This document shows, piece after piece, positions 40,619 through 55,619 of a DNA stretch of 64,000 bases. Within the stretch, counting starts at the first letter, position 1, and every line of letters begins with the position of its first letter. The translations under genes and the position numbers were made by a program. The DNA lies in contig OX597824.1 in NCBI GenBank assembly GCA_951406725.2, positions 12,400,001-12,464,000 on the forward strand, written 5' to 3'. Source of the DNA: Octopus vulgaris (taxonomy: Eukaryota). Below the pieces are notes generated by a model. It saw only the letters and a program-made list of their open reading frames with translations, had not been told where the DNA came from and ran no database searches.

Positions 40619-40858
40619 GGTAGTATCTTGATCCGAAAAAACACAGTTCTGCATTCTCTCACTGGACAAGCTGCACAAATGATTCGTTTATAGTGATAAA
40701 ATGTTTGTGATGTGCAGCAGTTACCTCCCTCTATCAAATAGATGTTGCCTCTAAAAGTACAACGGTGTCAAGTGTCGAAGTGATCGCAGAGCAACGTAAG
40801 GCGACGTGTTTTACTTATGAACACAGGTACACGCACGAATTCATATATACACACATAC

Positions 40859-40890
<32 letters not shown>

Positions 40891-41818
40891 TATGATACAT
40901 CTTTAGTTCTGAGTTCTTAGTTTGAGGTATGAGCTGCTCAAATGATCATTGCAAGCCACCGGAGAGCAGCCAGAACAATCAAGCAATTTAGCAATACATA
41001 AAGACATATGAACGACGATAATAATAAACATACATGCTGAAGGGAATTCTGAGAGGGGCAATGACTTTGTTCTCCACTTCTAAGAGGGACGACAATGGAT
41101 TGGGTAGAATGGTTATTAGAGGCGTAGGAGGCGAGGTACAGTAGGAGGAGACACAAGAAAGAAAGCCAGCTGTGCCTGGGAGAGGAAAGCAACGTGTTTC
41201 AGGAAAACAAAAATACCATTGAGAACGTTCGTGAGTAAATAGGTCAACGAACTGATGCATGTCTCGCTTACTCGGGTTTATGCTTAGAGGTTGGAGCATT
41301 GCTTCGTTTGTGTAATCAATTACGTGTCAATGACATGCCGAGCAAACGCGTGAGCCATATAAGGTGGTCGTAAGATCTGCTGGAGATGGCAACCAAATCG
41401 TCCTCAGAACATACACTATGTATGTATGTATGTATGTATGTATGTATGTATGTATGTATGTATGTATGTATGTATGTATGTATGTATGTTTGTGTATGTA
41501 TGTATGTATGTATGTATGTATGTATGTATGTATGTATGTATGCATGTATGTATGTATGTGTGTATGTATGTATGTATGTTTGTATGTATGTATGTATGTA
41601 TGTTTGTATGTATGTATGTATGTATGTATGTATGTTTGTATGTATGTATGTATGTTTGTATGTATGCATGTATGTATGTTTGTATGTATGTATGTATGTA
41701 TGTATGTATGTATGTATGTATGTATGTATGTTTGTATGTATGTATGTATGTATGTATGTATGCATGTATGCATGTATGTTTGTATGTATGTATGTATGTA
41801 TGTATGTATGTATGTATG

Positions 41819-42830
41819 TCCAAATTTGTATGTTTTATGTATGTATTCTCATGCATATAGTTGCATATATAGATATGTTCATATATATCTGGAGAGTTTT
41901 ACATATTTTTACAGTTCCAGTGATGGATTGGATCTGTAGTCTTCGAATCAGCTTTCCCCTTTCTGGTTTTGAGAAGCCTAATTTCACAAGATTGATATTT
42001 AGGAAATGTGTTAAATTCCCCAGAGGCCCAATAATTACAGGTATACACCTGAGCTTGTAACCTGGATAGAGTAACTGCAGATTTCTCAATAGTTCAGCAT
42101 AAGTGTTCTCTTTTTCACTGATCTTCAGGTTTATGTTAACACCCGCTGGGCAGCTAATTTCCACAACTGTGCACAGTTTCTCTTCTCTGTCCCAAACCAT
42201 TATACCAGGTTTGTTGTGCTTACATTTTATTGAGGTCTTCACAGGTACATTCCACGAGTATTTCCATTTATTATGAGTGGCTATGGCTTCTACCATATTG
42301 TGGGTTCTTATTTCTTTGTCCTCGGGGTCATTCTTCCGACGGATTTCATTATAGGGTGTCCTAGCTACAACATCATGTCTCGTCGGAGGATAATACCGTG
42401 ATGACAACTGCTTATGATGTGGGGGGGGTATTATCTTCAGCATGAACTCCACGAAGTCTACATCGGTCGTCACATTTTACTGCTTTTTCTGCTTCTCTAT
42501 CCCTTTTGTGCATCAGGTACATGGTTGATATTTCCTGTTCCTGGATTGCAAATACATACCCTTCATAGTGGGAGGTAGTAATCCAGCTATTGGTCAATGA
42601 TAAACTGCTTTGATGATCGATGTTACTATCGACACTTCGTGGTTAAAAGACACTGCTGAAGGGATATGATTCGACAAGCAAAGGCATCTTGGATCGATGT
42701 TGAGCCTCTGCCGCCTTCTTTTCGTTTTAGGTAGAGACTGTCTACGTTACTGTTTATGCGTAAATTATGTATGGTTGTTGGTATTTTTCGGGTTTTCACA
42801 TCGGGTTTCCACATTAATGGCTCGGGTCTC
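41819..42830 (-). mobile_element. 5'-truncated R4/Dong-like non-LTR retrotransposon (RLE domain), frameshifted
   Basis: [24 protein letters not shown] zinc-knuckle remnant, RHDVVA, HNKP(G)IMVWD..VVEISCP..EKENTY..IPVIIGPLG; (TATG)n on both sides. Confidence 0.88.
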
Positions 42831-44750
<1,920 letters not shown>

Positions 44751-44769
44751 TTGAAATATTTTAACAGAG

Positions 44770-45920
44770 GGTGATGGGACGCATCTGGTGCAGTAGTATT
44801 TGCTTTACACTCACTGCTGCTCGTTCGCCTTTGCAGTGATTGGGGGAAACTGCTTTAACATGTAAAACCTCTTTGCCAGTACCCAGCTTCTCTCTCCATC
44901 ACCTAGACTCCTGCCGAGCCTCGCAGCAGTTTCATACAGTAACCGGGTTCTTTGCAGCTTCATGCTATCTCAGCAAGGGTTCTTGACGGAAACAGTGGCT
45001 TCTAGAGATACAGTGCGCATGCCTACACTGCTGGATTCAACCTGATGTTTACTAATTACTGCACTACTACTTGCTTGTACTTGTGGCGGCATTCACCCTG
45101 GGCGGGTTGAGTCGGCTTCTTCCTTGGAAGAAGTTTCGTGGGAATATGTGGATTTCACAAGCGGTCCCCAACAATCCCGCATGTAGAGACATCCTGTTTG
45201 CCGCAGATTGTCCGCAGACACAAGGGCAGAACGACTGAGGAGCTGCCGAGGATTTGTGGCCCTGGGCGGGTTGAGTCGGCTTCTTCCTTGGAAGAAGTTT
45301 CGTGGGAATATGTGGATTTCACAAGCGGTCCCCAACAATCCCGCATGTAGAGACATCCTGTTTGCCGCAGATTGTCCGCAGACACAAGGGCAGAGCGACT
45401 GAGGAGCCGCCGAGGATTTGTGGCCCTGGGCGGGTTGAGTTGGTTTCTTCCTTGGAAGAAGTTTCGTGGGAATATGTGGATTTCACAAGCGGTCCCCAAC
45501 AATCTCGCATGTAGAGACATCCTGTTTGCCGCAGATTGTCCGCAGACGCAGGGACAGAACGACCGAGGAGCCGCCGGTTGCCGAAACAGGACACTCCGAG
45601 GATTTTTCACCAGAGCCCCGTCTGCCGGGTTGTGGCCCTAATGCCACTCGGTGTCAGACCAATCCGCCTTGGGTGGCCCTACCAGGAACCGAAGTTCCCG
45701 ACGGCATAGCTCTGACACTACCCGTTGCCAGTGTCCCCACCACGGTGAGGAGGGGATGGACTTTGGGGACGCAATTAGTGCACTAGTACCCAGTGAATAA
45801 ATCCTTCAAAACAAAGGCTGATGGGAGTAAATAAATTGTTGCAGTCAGCTTTTAGGTAGTTTCCAAGAGAAACTGCAGCCTCCAACTGCATCCTCCGGCC
45901 GTTGGGTGGCGCTAGCAGTC
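44770..45920 (-). mobile_element. GC-rich element resembling the 5'UTR of an RTE-clade LINE
   Basis: Minus strand ccgtggtgggg..agagctatgccgtcgggaacTTCGgttcctggtagggccacccaaggcgga resembles, from recall, the conserved RTE/BovB 5'UTR motif gagctatgcc..tagggccacccaag. Confidence 0.55.
45096..45575. repeat. 164-bp tandem repeat, about 2.9 near-identical copies
   Basis: ccctgggcgggttgagt at 45096, 45260, 45424. Confidence 0.95.
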
Positions 45921-46125
45921 GTTTATCTTTTATCATGTATTGTTTACTCATTTCAGTCATTGGAGTGCGACCATGCTGGGGCACTGCCTTAAAGGGTTTT
46001 GGCAGAACAAATTGTTCTCCGCCTCCTTGCCGTATTCATTTTTAAAGTTTGGTACTTATTCTGTCGTTCTTTTATTATTTTTTTTACCGAACCGCTAATT
46101 TAATGGACGTAAACAAATCGATACC

Positions 46126-46910
46126 CATTTCTTTAGTACCCACAAGGGGCTAAACACAGAGAGGACAAACAAAGACAGACGAACGGATTAAGTCGATTAC
46201 ATCGACCCCAGTGCGTAACTGGTACTTATTTAATCGACCTCGATAGAATGAAAGGCAAAGTCGACCTCGGCGGAATTTGAACTCAGAACGTAACGGCAGA
46301 CGAAATACCTATTTCTTTACTACCCACAAGGGGCTAATCACAGAGGGGACAAACAAGGACAGACGAACGGATTAAGTCGATTACATCGACCCCAGTGCGT
46401 AACTGGTACTTACTTAATCGACCTCGAAAGAATGAAAGGCAAAATCGACCTCGGCGGGATTTGAACTCAGAACGTAACGGCAGACGAAATACCTATTTCT
46501 TTACTACCCACAAGGGGCTAAACACAGAGGGGACAAACAAGGACAGACGAACGGATTAAGTCGATTACATCGACCCCAGTGCGTAATTGGTACTTACTTA
46601 ATCGACCTCGAAAGGATGAAAGGCAAAGTCAACCTCGGCGGAATTTGAACTCAGAACGTAACGGCAGACGAAATACCTATTTCTTTACTACCCACAAGGG
46701 GCTAAACACAGAGGGGACAAACAAGGACAGACGAACGGATTAAGTCGATTACATCGACCCCAGTGCGTAACTGGTACTTAATTTATCGACCTCGAAAGGA
46801 TGAAAGGCAAAGTCGACCTCGGCGGAATTTGAACTCAGAATGTAACGGCAGACGAAATACCGCTAAGCATCTCGCCCGGCGTGCTAACGCTTCTGCCAGC
46901 TCGCCGCCTA
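46126..46910 (-). mobile_element. MetaSINE-type tetramer (184-bp period)
   Basis: Unit ends at 46127, 46311, 46495, 46679; 17-bp TSD gtaa(a/g)caaatcgatacc (46109-46125, 46912-46928). Confidence 0.93.
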
Positions 46911-47014
46911 TGTAAGCAAATCGATACCGTTGTCAATTGGCGAGTGTGGACAAAGAAAGATGCACGCACGTGCGTATACACACGTAAGCACATACACAAA
47001 CTCACGCGCACATT

Positions 47015-47244
47015 TACGAGGAGGGTGGGTGCTACAAAGTTCTTGGCTTTAAGAGTATCGCGAAAGGTCTGGCTGGAGGTCCAACCTTCTGAGTTTTTTT
47101 TTTTTACGGGGCTTAGAAAAACTGAAGGATCACTGCAATTAGTGTGTGAATCTGAGACAGGTACATCTTAAATAAAATCACAATTAACCGATCCACCTGT
47201 ATTTTCTTTTACCCAAAGCCAGGACTTTTCAGCACTCCCTCCTA
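47015..47244 (+). mobile_element. mariner-derived MITE
   Basis: Homologous to 16407-16625. Confidence 0.85.
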
Positions 47245-47291
47245 CGACGGTCTTCTTTCTTTTTCCGCTACCAGATCCACTTACAAGGCTT

Positions 47292-47522
47292 TATTTCTTT
47301 ACTGCCCACAAGGGGCTAAACATAGAGGGGACAAACAAGGACAGACAAAGGGATTAAGTCGATTACATCGACCCCAGTGCGAAACTGGTACTTTATTTAT
47401 CGACCCCGAAAGGACGAAAGGCAAAGTCGACCTCGGTGGAATTTGAACTCAGAACGTAACGGAAGACGAAATACCGCTAAGCATATCGCTCGGCGTGCTA
47501 ACGTTTCTGCCAGCTCGCCGCC
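47292..47522 (-). mobile_element. MetaSINE-type monomer
   Basis: Family homology; imperfect TSD ttacaag..ctt. Confidence 0.9.
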
Positions 47523-48088
47523 TTTACAAGACCTTGGTCGGCCCAGAGATGTCGTCGATCAATGACGGAGATCCATCTTATCTCCAGACAAAAAAATGAA
47601 TAAATAAATTAATTAAAAAAACCTGTCATTTTCTTTAATGACAATTCGACTTTGGAGAATTCTTGATTCTTGTGATTATCTCCCCTTCTCAAATGGAACT
47701 GGTCTTAATCGCCAGTTGGCAATTATAATATATCTTCTAGAGGCAGAGATGCTTTTAATAAACCATGCATTTATGTTGTAGCGTATTTGATATACCTGTA
47801 TTTGTCAATATTGTTCCAGTACATGACTGGCCGCTCTGCTATTGCTCATAGTTCATTTTATTTACGCACACATATACACACTCACATATATATATATATT
47901 TATAAGTCTCTGTTCGTGTGTGTATGTATGTGCGTGTGCGAGTGTATGTATGAGTGTGTGTGTGTGTATACAGATATACATCTACAGTATTTTAATACAT
48001 TAATCCACATTAGAACAGCAGATAATAGTTTTAACATAGATTTATACATTCATACACACACACACATGCACTCATATATATGTATACA

Positions 48089-48162
<74 letters not shown>

Positions 48163-48187
48163 CATACACACACATACATATACACAC

Positions 48188-48247
<60 letters not shown>

Positions 48248-48571
48248 GTGTGTGTATGTGTGTGTGTGTATGTATGTGTGTATGTATGTATTTATGTATG
48301 TATGTGTGTGTAGAAATTTATACATTTGTATATGTATGCATGTGTTCGTGCAAGTACATTGCAGACACAATAAATTCCTATCGATATGTAGGTTATATGT
48401 TAAGTTCTAGACTCAGAGTCTCTCTATAAACCCCTTGAAATTAATGCGATCCTTTGATGTGAGGTATCTTGTATTTGAAATCAAACCGTCTCCATGAAGG
48501 TTTATACTCCTTAATATCCATTCCTCAAATTCATCCAAAGATTTATAAACACCACCGTACATTTACTCATG

Positions 48572-48952
48572 GTGGAGGCGCAATGGCCCAGTGGTTAGGG
48601 CAGCGGACTCGCGGTCATAGGATCGCGGTTTCGATTCCCAGACCGGGCGTTGTGAGTGTTTATTGAGCGAAAACACCTAAAGCTCCACGAGGCTCCGGCA
48701 GGGGATGGTGGTGATCCCTGCTGTACTCTTTCACCACAACTTTCTCTCACTCTTACTTCCTGTTTCTGTTGTACCTGTATTTCAAAGGGACCAGCCTTGT
48801 CACTCTCTGTGTCACGCTGAATATCCCCCGAGAACTACGTTAAGGGTACACGTGTCTGTGGAGTGCTCAGCCACTTACACGTTAATTCCACGAGCAGGCT
48901 GTTCCGTTGATCGTATCAGCTGGGACCCTCATCGTCGCAACCGACGGAGTGC
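48572..48952 (+). mobile_element. tRNA-derived SINE, head type A with tail X
   Basis: A/B boxes tggcccagtggtta and ggtttcgattccc; tail shared with 7885-8060. Confidence 0.9.
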
Positions 48953-49298
48953 TTCCACTACATTTACTCATCTCTTATGTTATCTCGTACGAATCTGTTT
49001 CCGTGGTTAATAGTTTTCCATAATACGCTGTATATACTTAACTTACTGCAATACAACCTTGTGTAACTGCATCTCCTTTCTACTCCTCTCTGCTTCTCTT
49101 TATTACTACTATAAATATCATAAAATACTCTGATATAGGTTATGATAGCATTAGTTTTATTATTTTGTCTTCTGAAGATGTGGAACTTAGAACGGCTCTA
49201 ACGTAATTAATTATGTAATACACATAACGGAGGTAATGAGCGACAGGAAAGAATGAAATGATTAAATTAACCGATTGCTTAATTTACCATTTAATCGT

Positions 49299-49379
<81 letters not shown>

Positions 49380-49589
49380 TTTACGAAAAAAACAACAAAA
49401 GACGAAGACAGGTGGTGAACAAAACAAACAGATGTATTAGTATAACGCTCAGGAATAGAAAAAGTCTTTTACGTTTCGAGCCTACGCTCTTCTACAGAAA
49501 GGGACACAGAAAAAACAAGGAGAGAAACAAGGAGAGAAACAAGGAGAGAAAAAAAATGTGTGTAGTGGCTAACGATCTATCATGGCGAT

Positions 49590-49590
<1 letters not shown>
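49380..49590 (-). mobile_element. Penelope-like pLTR remnant with hammerhead-like motif (49465-49502)
   Basis: Reverse-complement homologue of 6765-6955; GUA site. Confidence 0.65.
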
Positions 49591-49646
<56 letters not shown>

Positions 49647-49967
49647 TGTATCTTTTACTTGTTTTAATCATTGGACTGCAGCCATGCTGGAGTGCAGCCT
49701 TGAAGGGTTTATAGTCGAACAAATTGACCCCAGTACATAGTTTTAAACTTGGTACTTATTCCACCGCTTCCTTCTGCCGAACCGCTAGCGTTACGCGTGC
49801 ACACACACTACAAATACACACACAGATAAATATATGTTTGTCTTTCTGTTAAGTTATTTATAAAACCATTTCGATATTAAACTGAAGGATAACTCGATAC
49901 TCTTTTTTTGTTTTTTTTTTATAGAATAGTTCATATTTGTTATGTCTTACAAGGAAAATGTCGACAG

Positions 49968-50370
49968 TGCGCAGGAGCGGCTGTGTGGTAAGTAGCTTGC
50001 TAACCAACCACATGGTTCCGGGTTCAGTCCCACTGCGTGGCATCTTGGGCAAGTGTCTTCTGCTATAGCCCCGGGCCGACCAATGCCTTGTGGGTGGATT
50101 TGGTAGACGGAAACTGAAAGAAGCCTGTCGTATATATGTATATATATGTATGTGTGTGTTTGCTTGTGTGTCTGTGTTTGTCCCCCGAGCATTGCTTGAC
50201 AACTGATGCTGGTGTGTTTACGTCCCCGTGACTTAGCGGTTCGGCAAAAGAGACCGATAGAATAAGTACTGGGCTTACAAAAAAGAATAAGTCCCGGGGT
50301 CGATTTGCTCGACTTAAGGCGGTGCTCCAGCATGGCCGCAGTTAAATGACTGAAACAAGTAAACGAGTAA
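49968..50370 (+). mobile_element. full-length CORE-like long SINE
   Basis: Family homology. Confidence 0.92.
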
Positions 50371-50629
50371 CGAGAGTGACTGCGAAGTTGCGAAATCTGA
50401 CGAAAGGGAGCAAACCAAGACTTCAAAGTCATTCTTGTGTTGAAACTGTGGTGAAGCTGGCGATTGGCAAAATTTTTGTGAGTTGGCTATTTTGTGTATG
50501 CGTGTATGTACACTCAGCAACGACTCCATCGAAAGCAGACATTACCCAAATGCTAACTGGTTTTATGTGGCGAGAAACAACCTACAAGTCAGTGATGCTG
50601 AATATCCACCTTCATCCATGCGGTGTTTA

Positions 50630-50820
50630 TATTTGTTTCAGTCATTTGACTTCGGCCATGCTGGAGCACCGCCTTTAGTCGAGCAAATCGACCCCGGAAC
50701 TTATTCTTTTTTTGTAAGCCCAGTACTTATTCTATCGGGCTCTTTTGCAAAACCGCTAAGTGACGGGGACGTAAACGCACCAGCATCGGTTGTCAAGCAA
50801 TGCTAGGGGGACAAACACAG

Positions 50821-50854
<34 letters not shown>

Positions 50855-50869
50855 GTATATATATATATA

Positions 50870-50909
<40 letters not shown>

Positions 50910-51075
50910 TACGACAGGCTTCTTTCAGTTTCCATCTACCAAATCCACTCACAAGGTATTGGTAGGCCCGGGGCTATAGCAGAAGACACTTGCCCAAGAT
51001 GCCACGCAGTGGAACTGAACCCGGAACCATGTGGTTGGTAAGCAAGCTATTTACCACACAGCCACTCCTGCGCCT
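50630..51075 (-). mobile_element. full-length CORE-like long SINE
   Basis: Family homology. Confidence 0.92.
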
Positions 51076-51278
51076 AACTGGTATTTTTCCGTACAGCTGA
51101 TGTAATGATGCAGATTGATTATCTGGTGGCTTTTGCATGCAATGGAGTTTTGTTGTATGAGCTACATGAAACGTACATATGGAGGAGGGTCATCTACATA
51201 AATATTTCAAATAGATCAAATAACAATAGGGAGATGTACTTGCATAGAAAGTGACCTGATCGTGTGCTGGAACGAAAA

Positions 51279-51555
51279 CAATTGCAGCGTGGAAGGTGTT
51301 TATAAGCAATTTAAGAAACACACAAAAACCATTAGATTCACTTCAACATTTAAATTTAATTTGTCAAAATATTTTCGTCGCTTTGAGTCCGCGACCTGTT
51401 CACTGACAAAATTCCAAGATGCAGCACGAAGTTTTGTCAGTGAACAGGTCGCGGTCTCAAAGCGACGAAAATATTTTGACAAATTAAATTTAAATGTTGA
51501 AGTGAATCTAACGGCTTTTGTGTGATTCTTAAATGGAATGGCTTCCACGCTGCAA
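51279..51555. repeat. long inverted repeat carrying one variant hammerhead per strand
   Basis: Arms about 51279-51410 and 51432-51555; HHR-like fold at 51433-51483(+) and 51360-51410(-). Confidence 0.85.
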
Positions 51556-51569
51556 TAATAATAAGGAAA

Positions 51570-51950
51570 TTAGTATATACAGTGCAAAGGTGCACCGCAA
51601 CTTGTCAAAAGTGCGTATAAAGCATATGCAGTAATGCACAAATGTCTGGAAAGTGAACAGTGTATGAGTCGGATACATGCTTGCGTGTGTATGGAGGGGA
51701 GAAAGTCAGGTGTAGTGTTGGCGAATCTCAGGAAGCATGGAAGTTTTGAAGGATGCAGTGCTCCGACAACTAACAACTGATGCCGGCAGTTTGTTCCATA
51801 CTTCAGCAAGTCTTTGCGCGAAAAAATGTTTCCGAAAGTCATGGGAGCTGTGCTGTTTTCTGACTTTGTAAATATGTCCACGGGTGTTAGACGGGTGGAG
51901 TTTGAAAAGGTGCTCAGAGTTATTGTTATTAAGATGGTTAATAAGATTCA
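51570..51950 (-). mobile_element. CR1-like LINE 3' fragment
   Basis: SEHLFKLHPSNTRGHIYKV..RKHFFAQRLAEVWNKLP; homologous to 2085-2465. Confidence 0.9.
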
Positions 51951-52170
51951 AGGTTGAACCAAATTTGCTGTGAAGAGAAATCGGCTTAAGGTTGGCAGAG
52001 CGTCGTTCAGTTTGCTAACTAACTGGTTACCAGAGGTTTCTGAGGAGATTTTATGCAATGAAAAGATCAAGTGTTGTAATTTGATTACGTAGTAGTTTGG
52101 TGATGCATCGTGTGAAGACAAAGTGATGGGTGTGTAAAGGTTGCATTTAGAGCTGTGTACGAGGTTAACA

Positions 52171-52454
52171 TCGCGGTCGGAGGATTGCGGTTTCAATTCC
52201 CAGACCGGGTGTTGTGAGTTTTTTTGGGCGAAAACACCTAAAGATTCGCGAGGCTCCGACAGAGGATGGTGGCGACCCCTGTTGTACTCTTTCGCCCCAA
52301 CTTTCTCTCACTCTTTTTTCCTGTTTCTTGAGTAACGCTGCGATAGACTGCCGTCACGTCCAGCTGGGAGGGGGGGGCACACATACGCCACAGAAACCGG
52401 GATCCGGGCCCATGAGACTGACTAGGCTTGAAAAGGGCGCATAAATAAATGAAA
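52171..52454 (+). mobile_element. 5'-truncated SINE, head type A with tail Y
   Basis: TSD acgaggttaaca (52159-52170, 52455-52466). Confidence 0.85.
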
Positions 52455-52628
52455 ACGAGGTTAACAGAGCTTAAAGTGTTTGTATGTCAGCCAGAGAAAC
52501 GGGTACATATTGGTACGAACTGTTAAACACGGTTCTAGAATGCAAAATATTCGGCGGCCTCTGCAGCAAGAACATTGGTGTTAAAGAACTGTAAGAGCCA
52601 TGAAGAATCACTTCAGAGATTGGTCATA

Positions 52629-52707
<79 letters not shown>

Positions 52708-52873
52708 AGGAAGGAAGAATGTTTTCAATGCACGATGCTTGGGGAAGGTGGGATTGATGCGAGGTAGACATAACAGATTTGAGATGATAAGGAAGAGTAA
52801 TTGAAATCTTTATTATTTGATATCCAGAAGGGAGAAGTGAGTGGTGGCAGAACGGATTCTGCATATGTTCAGA

Positions 52874-53046
<173 letters not shown>

Positions 53047-53579
53047 GTCTGTCTGTCTCTCTCTCCCCCCCTCTCTCTCTCTCCCTCTCTCTCTCTCTCT
53101 ATCTATCTCTGCATTCGTGTGTATGTACGGATACAGAAGATATGAAATGCGAACGTGTTTTCGTGTGGTTTCTAGCAGCAGGGGTTTATTGGTTGTAAAT
53201 AAAACCCTGAGTACTTCATAAACTTAAAAATAACCAAAAGAAAAATCAGTTTCATACAAAAAAGGAAGTTCTGCTGTCTATACGAAGTGTTACATGGATA
53301 TACGATACACAATATCGAAATCTAAATTTCCACCTTATTTCCTGTAACACTAATCTGCACAGTTACAATATCATTTACATTTGTGAACAGAAATCTCATT
53401 AGAAAGATAAATTTTTCAGTTTTGTATGAAACTGATTTCTCGCAGGTTATTTTAAGTTGATTCAAACATTCTGTGGGGTATTTATGTTCAGCTCCACAGA
53501 AACCCAACACTAACCAAGGTTTGTGTTTGGCATTAAAAAGAAAAAAAAAGCATGAGCACTCACGCCCACTCACATACAT

Positions 53580-53777
53580 TTGTATGTATGTATGTATGTA
53601 TGTATGTATGTATGTATGTATGTATGTATGTATGTATGTATGTATGTGTGTATGTGTGTATGTATGTGTGTATGTGTGTATGTAAATATGTATGTATGTA
53701 AATATGTATGTATGCATGTATGCATGTATGTATGTATGTATGCATGCATGCATGTATGTATGTATGTAGGTATGTAA

Positions 53778-53808
<31 letters not shown>

Positions 53809-54101
53809 GGTATGTAAATATGTATGTATGTAAATATGTATGTATGCATGTATGCATGTATGTATGTATGTATGTATGTATGTATGTATGTATGTATGTA
53901 TGTATGTATGTATGTATGTGTGTATGTGTGTATGTATGTGTGTATGTGTGTATGTAAATATGTATGTATGTAAATATGTATGTATGCATGTATGCATGTA
54001 TGTATGTATGTATGCATGCATGCATGTATGTATGTATGTATGTATGTGTGTATGTGTGTATGTATGTGTGTATGTGTGTATGTAAATATGTATGTATGTA
54101 A

Positions 54102-54132
<31 letters not shown>

Positions 54133-54390
54133 TGTATGTATGTATGTATGTATGTATGTATGTATGTATGTATGTATGTATGTATGTATGTATGTATGTA
54201 TGTATGTATGTATGTATGTATGTATGCATGCACGTATGTATGTATGTATGTATGTATTTATTATGTATGTATGTATGTCATTATTCAGTTTATTTCAAGA
54301 TTTCTTGCCAATAGAGAAAGAATCGTTTTCTAACCTAGATCCAAGGCTCCTTCATTGGAATTTCAACTCCAACAACAGGGTATTTTTGTT

Positions 54391-54422
<32 letters not shown>

Positions 54423-54808
54423 TGTATGTATGTATGTATGTATGTATGTATGTATGTACGGATGTGCTGTTTTGTGTGTTTTATGTATGTATATAGTTGC
54501 ATATCTAGACATGCTCATATATATTTAAATGATAAACTTCTGGAAAGTTTTACAGATTTTTACAGTTCCAGTGATGGAGTAGTTTTCGAATTAGTTTTCT
54601 CCTTTCTAGGTTTGAGAAGCATAATTTCTCAAAATTGGTATTTAGGCAGTGTGTTACATATGACAGGGCCCCAATAATTACAGGTATAAACCTGAACTTG
54701 TAATCTGGATAGAGTAGCTACAGATTTCTCAAACGTTCTGCATTCAGCTTCATGTTAACAACCGCTAGGTAGCTAATTTCCGCAACTGTGCACAGTTTCT
54801 TATGTATG

Positions 54809-54842
<34 letters not shown>

Positions 54843-55378
54843 TGTATGTATGTATGTATGTATGTATGTATGTATGTATGTATGTATGTATGTATGTATG
54901 TATGTATGTATGTATGTATGTATGTATGTATGTATGTATGTATGCATGTATGTATGTATGTATGTATGTATGTATGTATGTATGTATGTATGTATGTATG
55001 TATGTATGTATGTATGTATGTATGTATGTATGTATGTATGTATGTATGCATGCATGCATGCATGCATGTATGTATGTATGTTTGTATGTATGTGTGTATG
55101 TATGTATGTATGTATGTATGTATGTATGTATGTATGTGTGTATGTATGCATGTATATATGTATGTATGTATGTATGTTTGTATGCATGTATGCATGTATG
55201 TATGTATGTATGTATGTATGTATGTATGTATGTTAGTATGTATGCATGTATGTATGTATGTATGCATGTATGTATATTTGTATGTATGTATGTATGTATG
55301 TATGTATGTATGTATGTATGTATGTATGTATGTATGTATGTGTGTATATGTGCGTGTATGTAGTTTTGTTTGTTTGTT

Positions 55379-55410
<32 letters not shown>
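53580..55410. repeat. large (TATG)n field
   Basis: Directly visible; interrupted by an R4/Dong-like fragment. Confidence 0.95.
54279..54801 (-). mobile_element. second R4/Dong-like 3' fragment within (TATG)n
   Basis: 54470-54800 is homologous to 41825-42181; 54279-54391 is possibly its distal 3'UTR. Confidence 0.8.
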
Positions 55411-55416
<6 letters not shown>

Positions 55417-55619
55417 AATAGGGATTAAATAAATCCAGGTGAATACTTCTTCAAGCACTCTGTGGAACCAGAACCATGTTAACTAAATTGTCTTTTTAGT
55501 ATCACGGCAATCCGTATTTGTCGTTATTTTTTTCTTGTAACAGTTACGATTAGTAAATTCGATGTAGGACACTAATTATATTCAGTGTATTAATCACAGG
55601 ATATATTAGAAGATAAAAC

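Larger units (their letters stand above)
45935..47555 (-). mobile_element. old CORE-like SINE hosting three nested insertions
   Basis: Collinear fragments 45935-46125, 46912-47010, 47245-47291 and 47523-47555. Confidence 0.75.

Noticed and set aside
45555-45600. Hammerhead in the 164-bp repeat (ctgaggag / ccgaggag..gaaac)
   Set aside because: No UH site with stems I and III; the CTGAGGA copies lack a downstream GAAA.
45096-46910. CRISPR-like arrays (164-bp and 184-bp periodicity)
   Set aside because: Whole units repeat with no unique spacers; eukaryotic context; no cas genes.
48572-48650. tRNA genes (also 59537, 15985, 61066)
   Set aside because: tRNA-like heads continue into SINE bodies and lack a proper acceptor stem.
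51950-52620. Old LINE RT relics here and at 18880-19130, 8080-8400 and 40940-41410
   Set aside because: Only faint motif resemblance; cannot be supported without a profile search.
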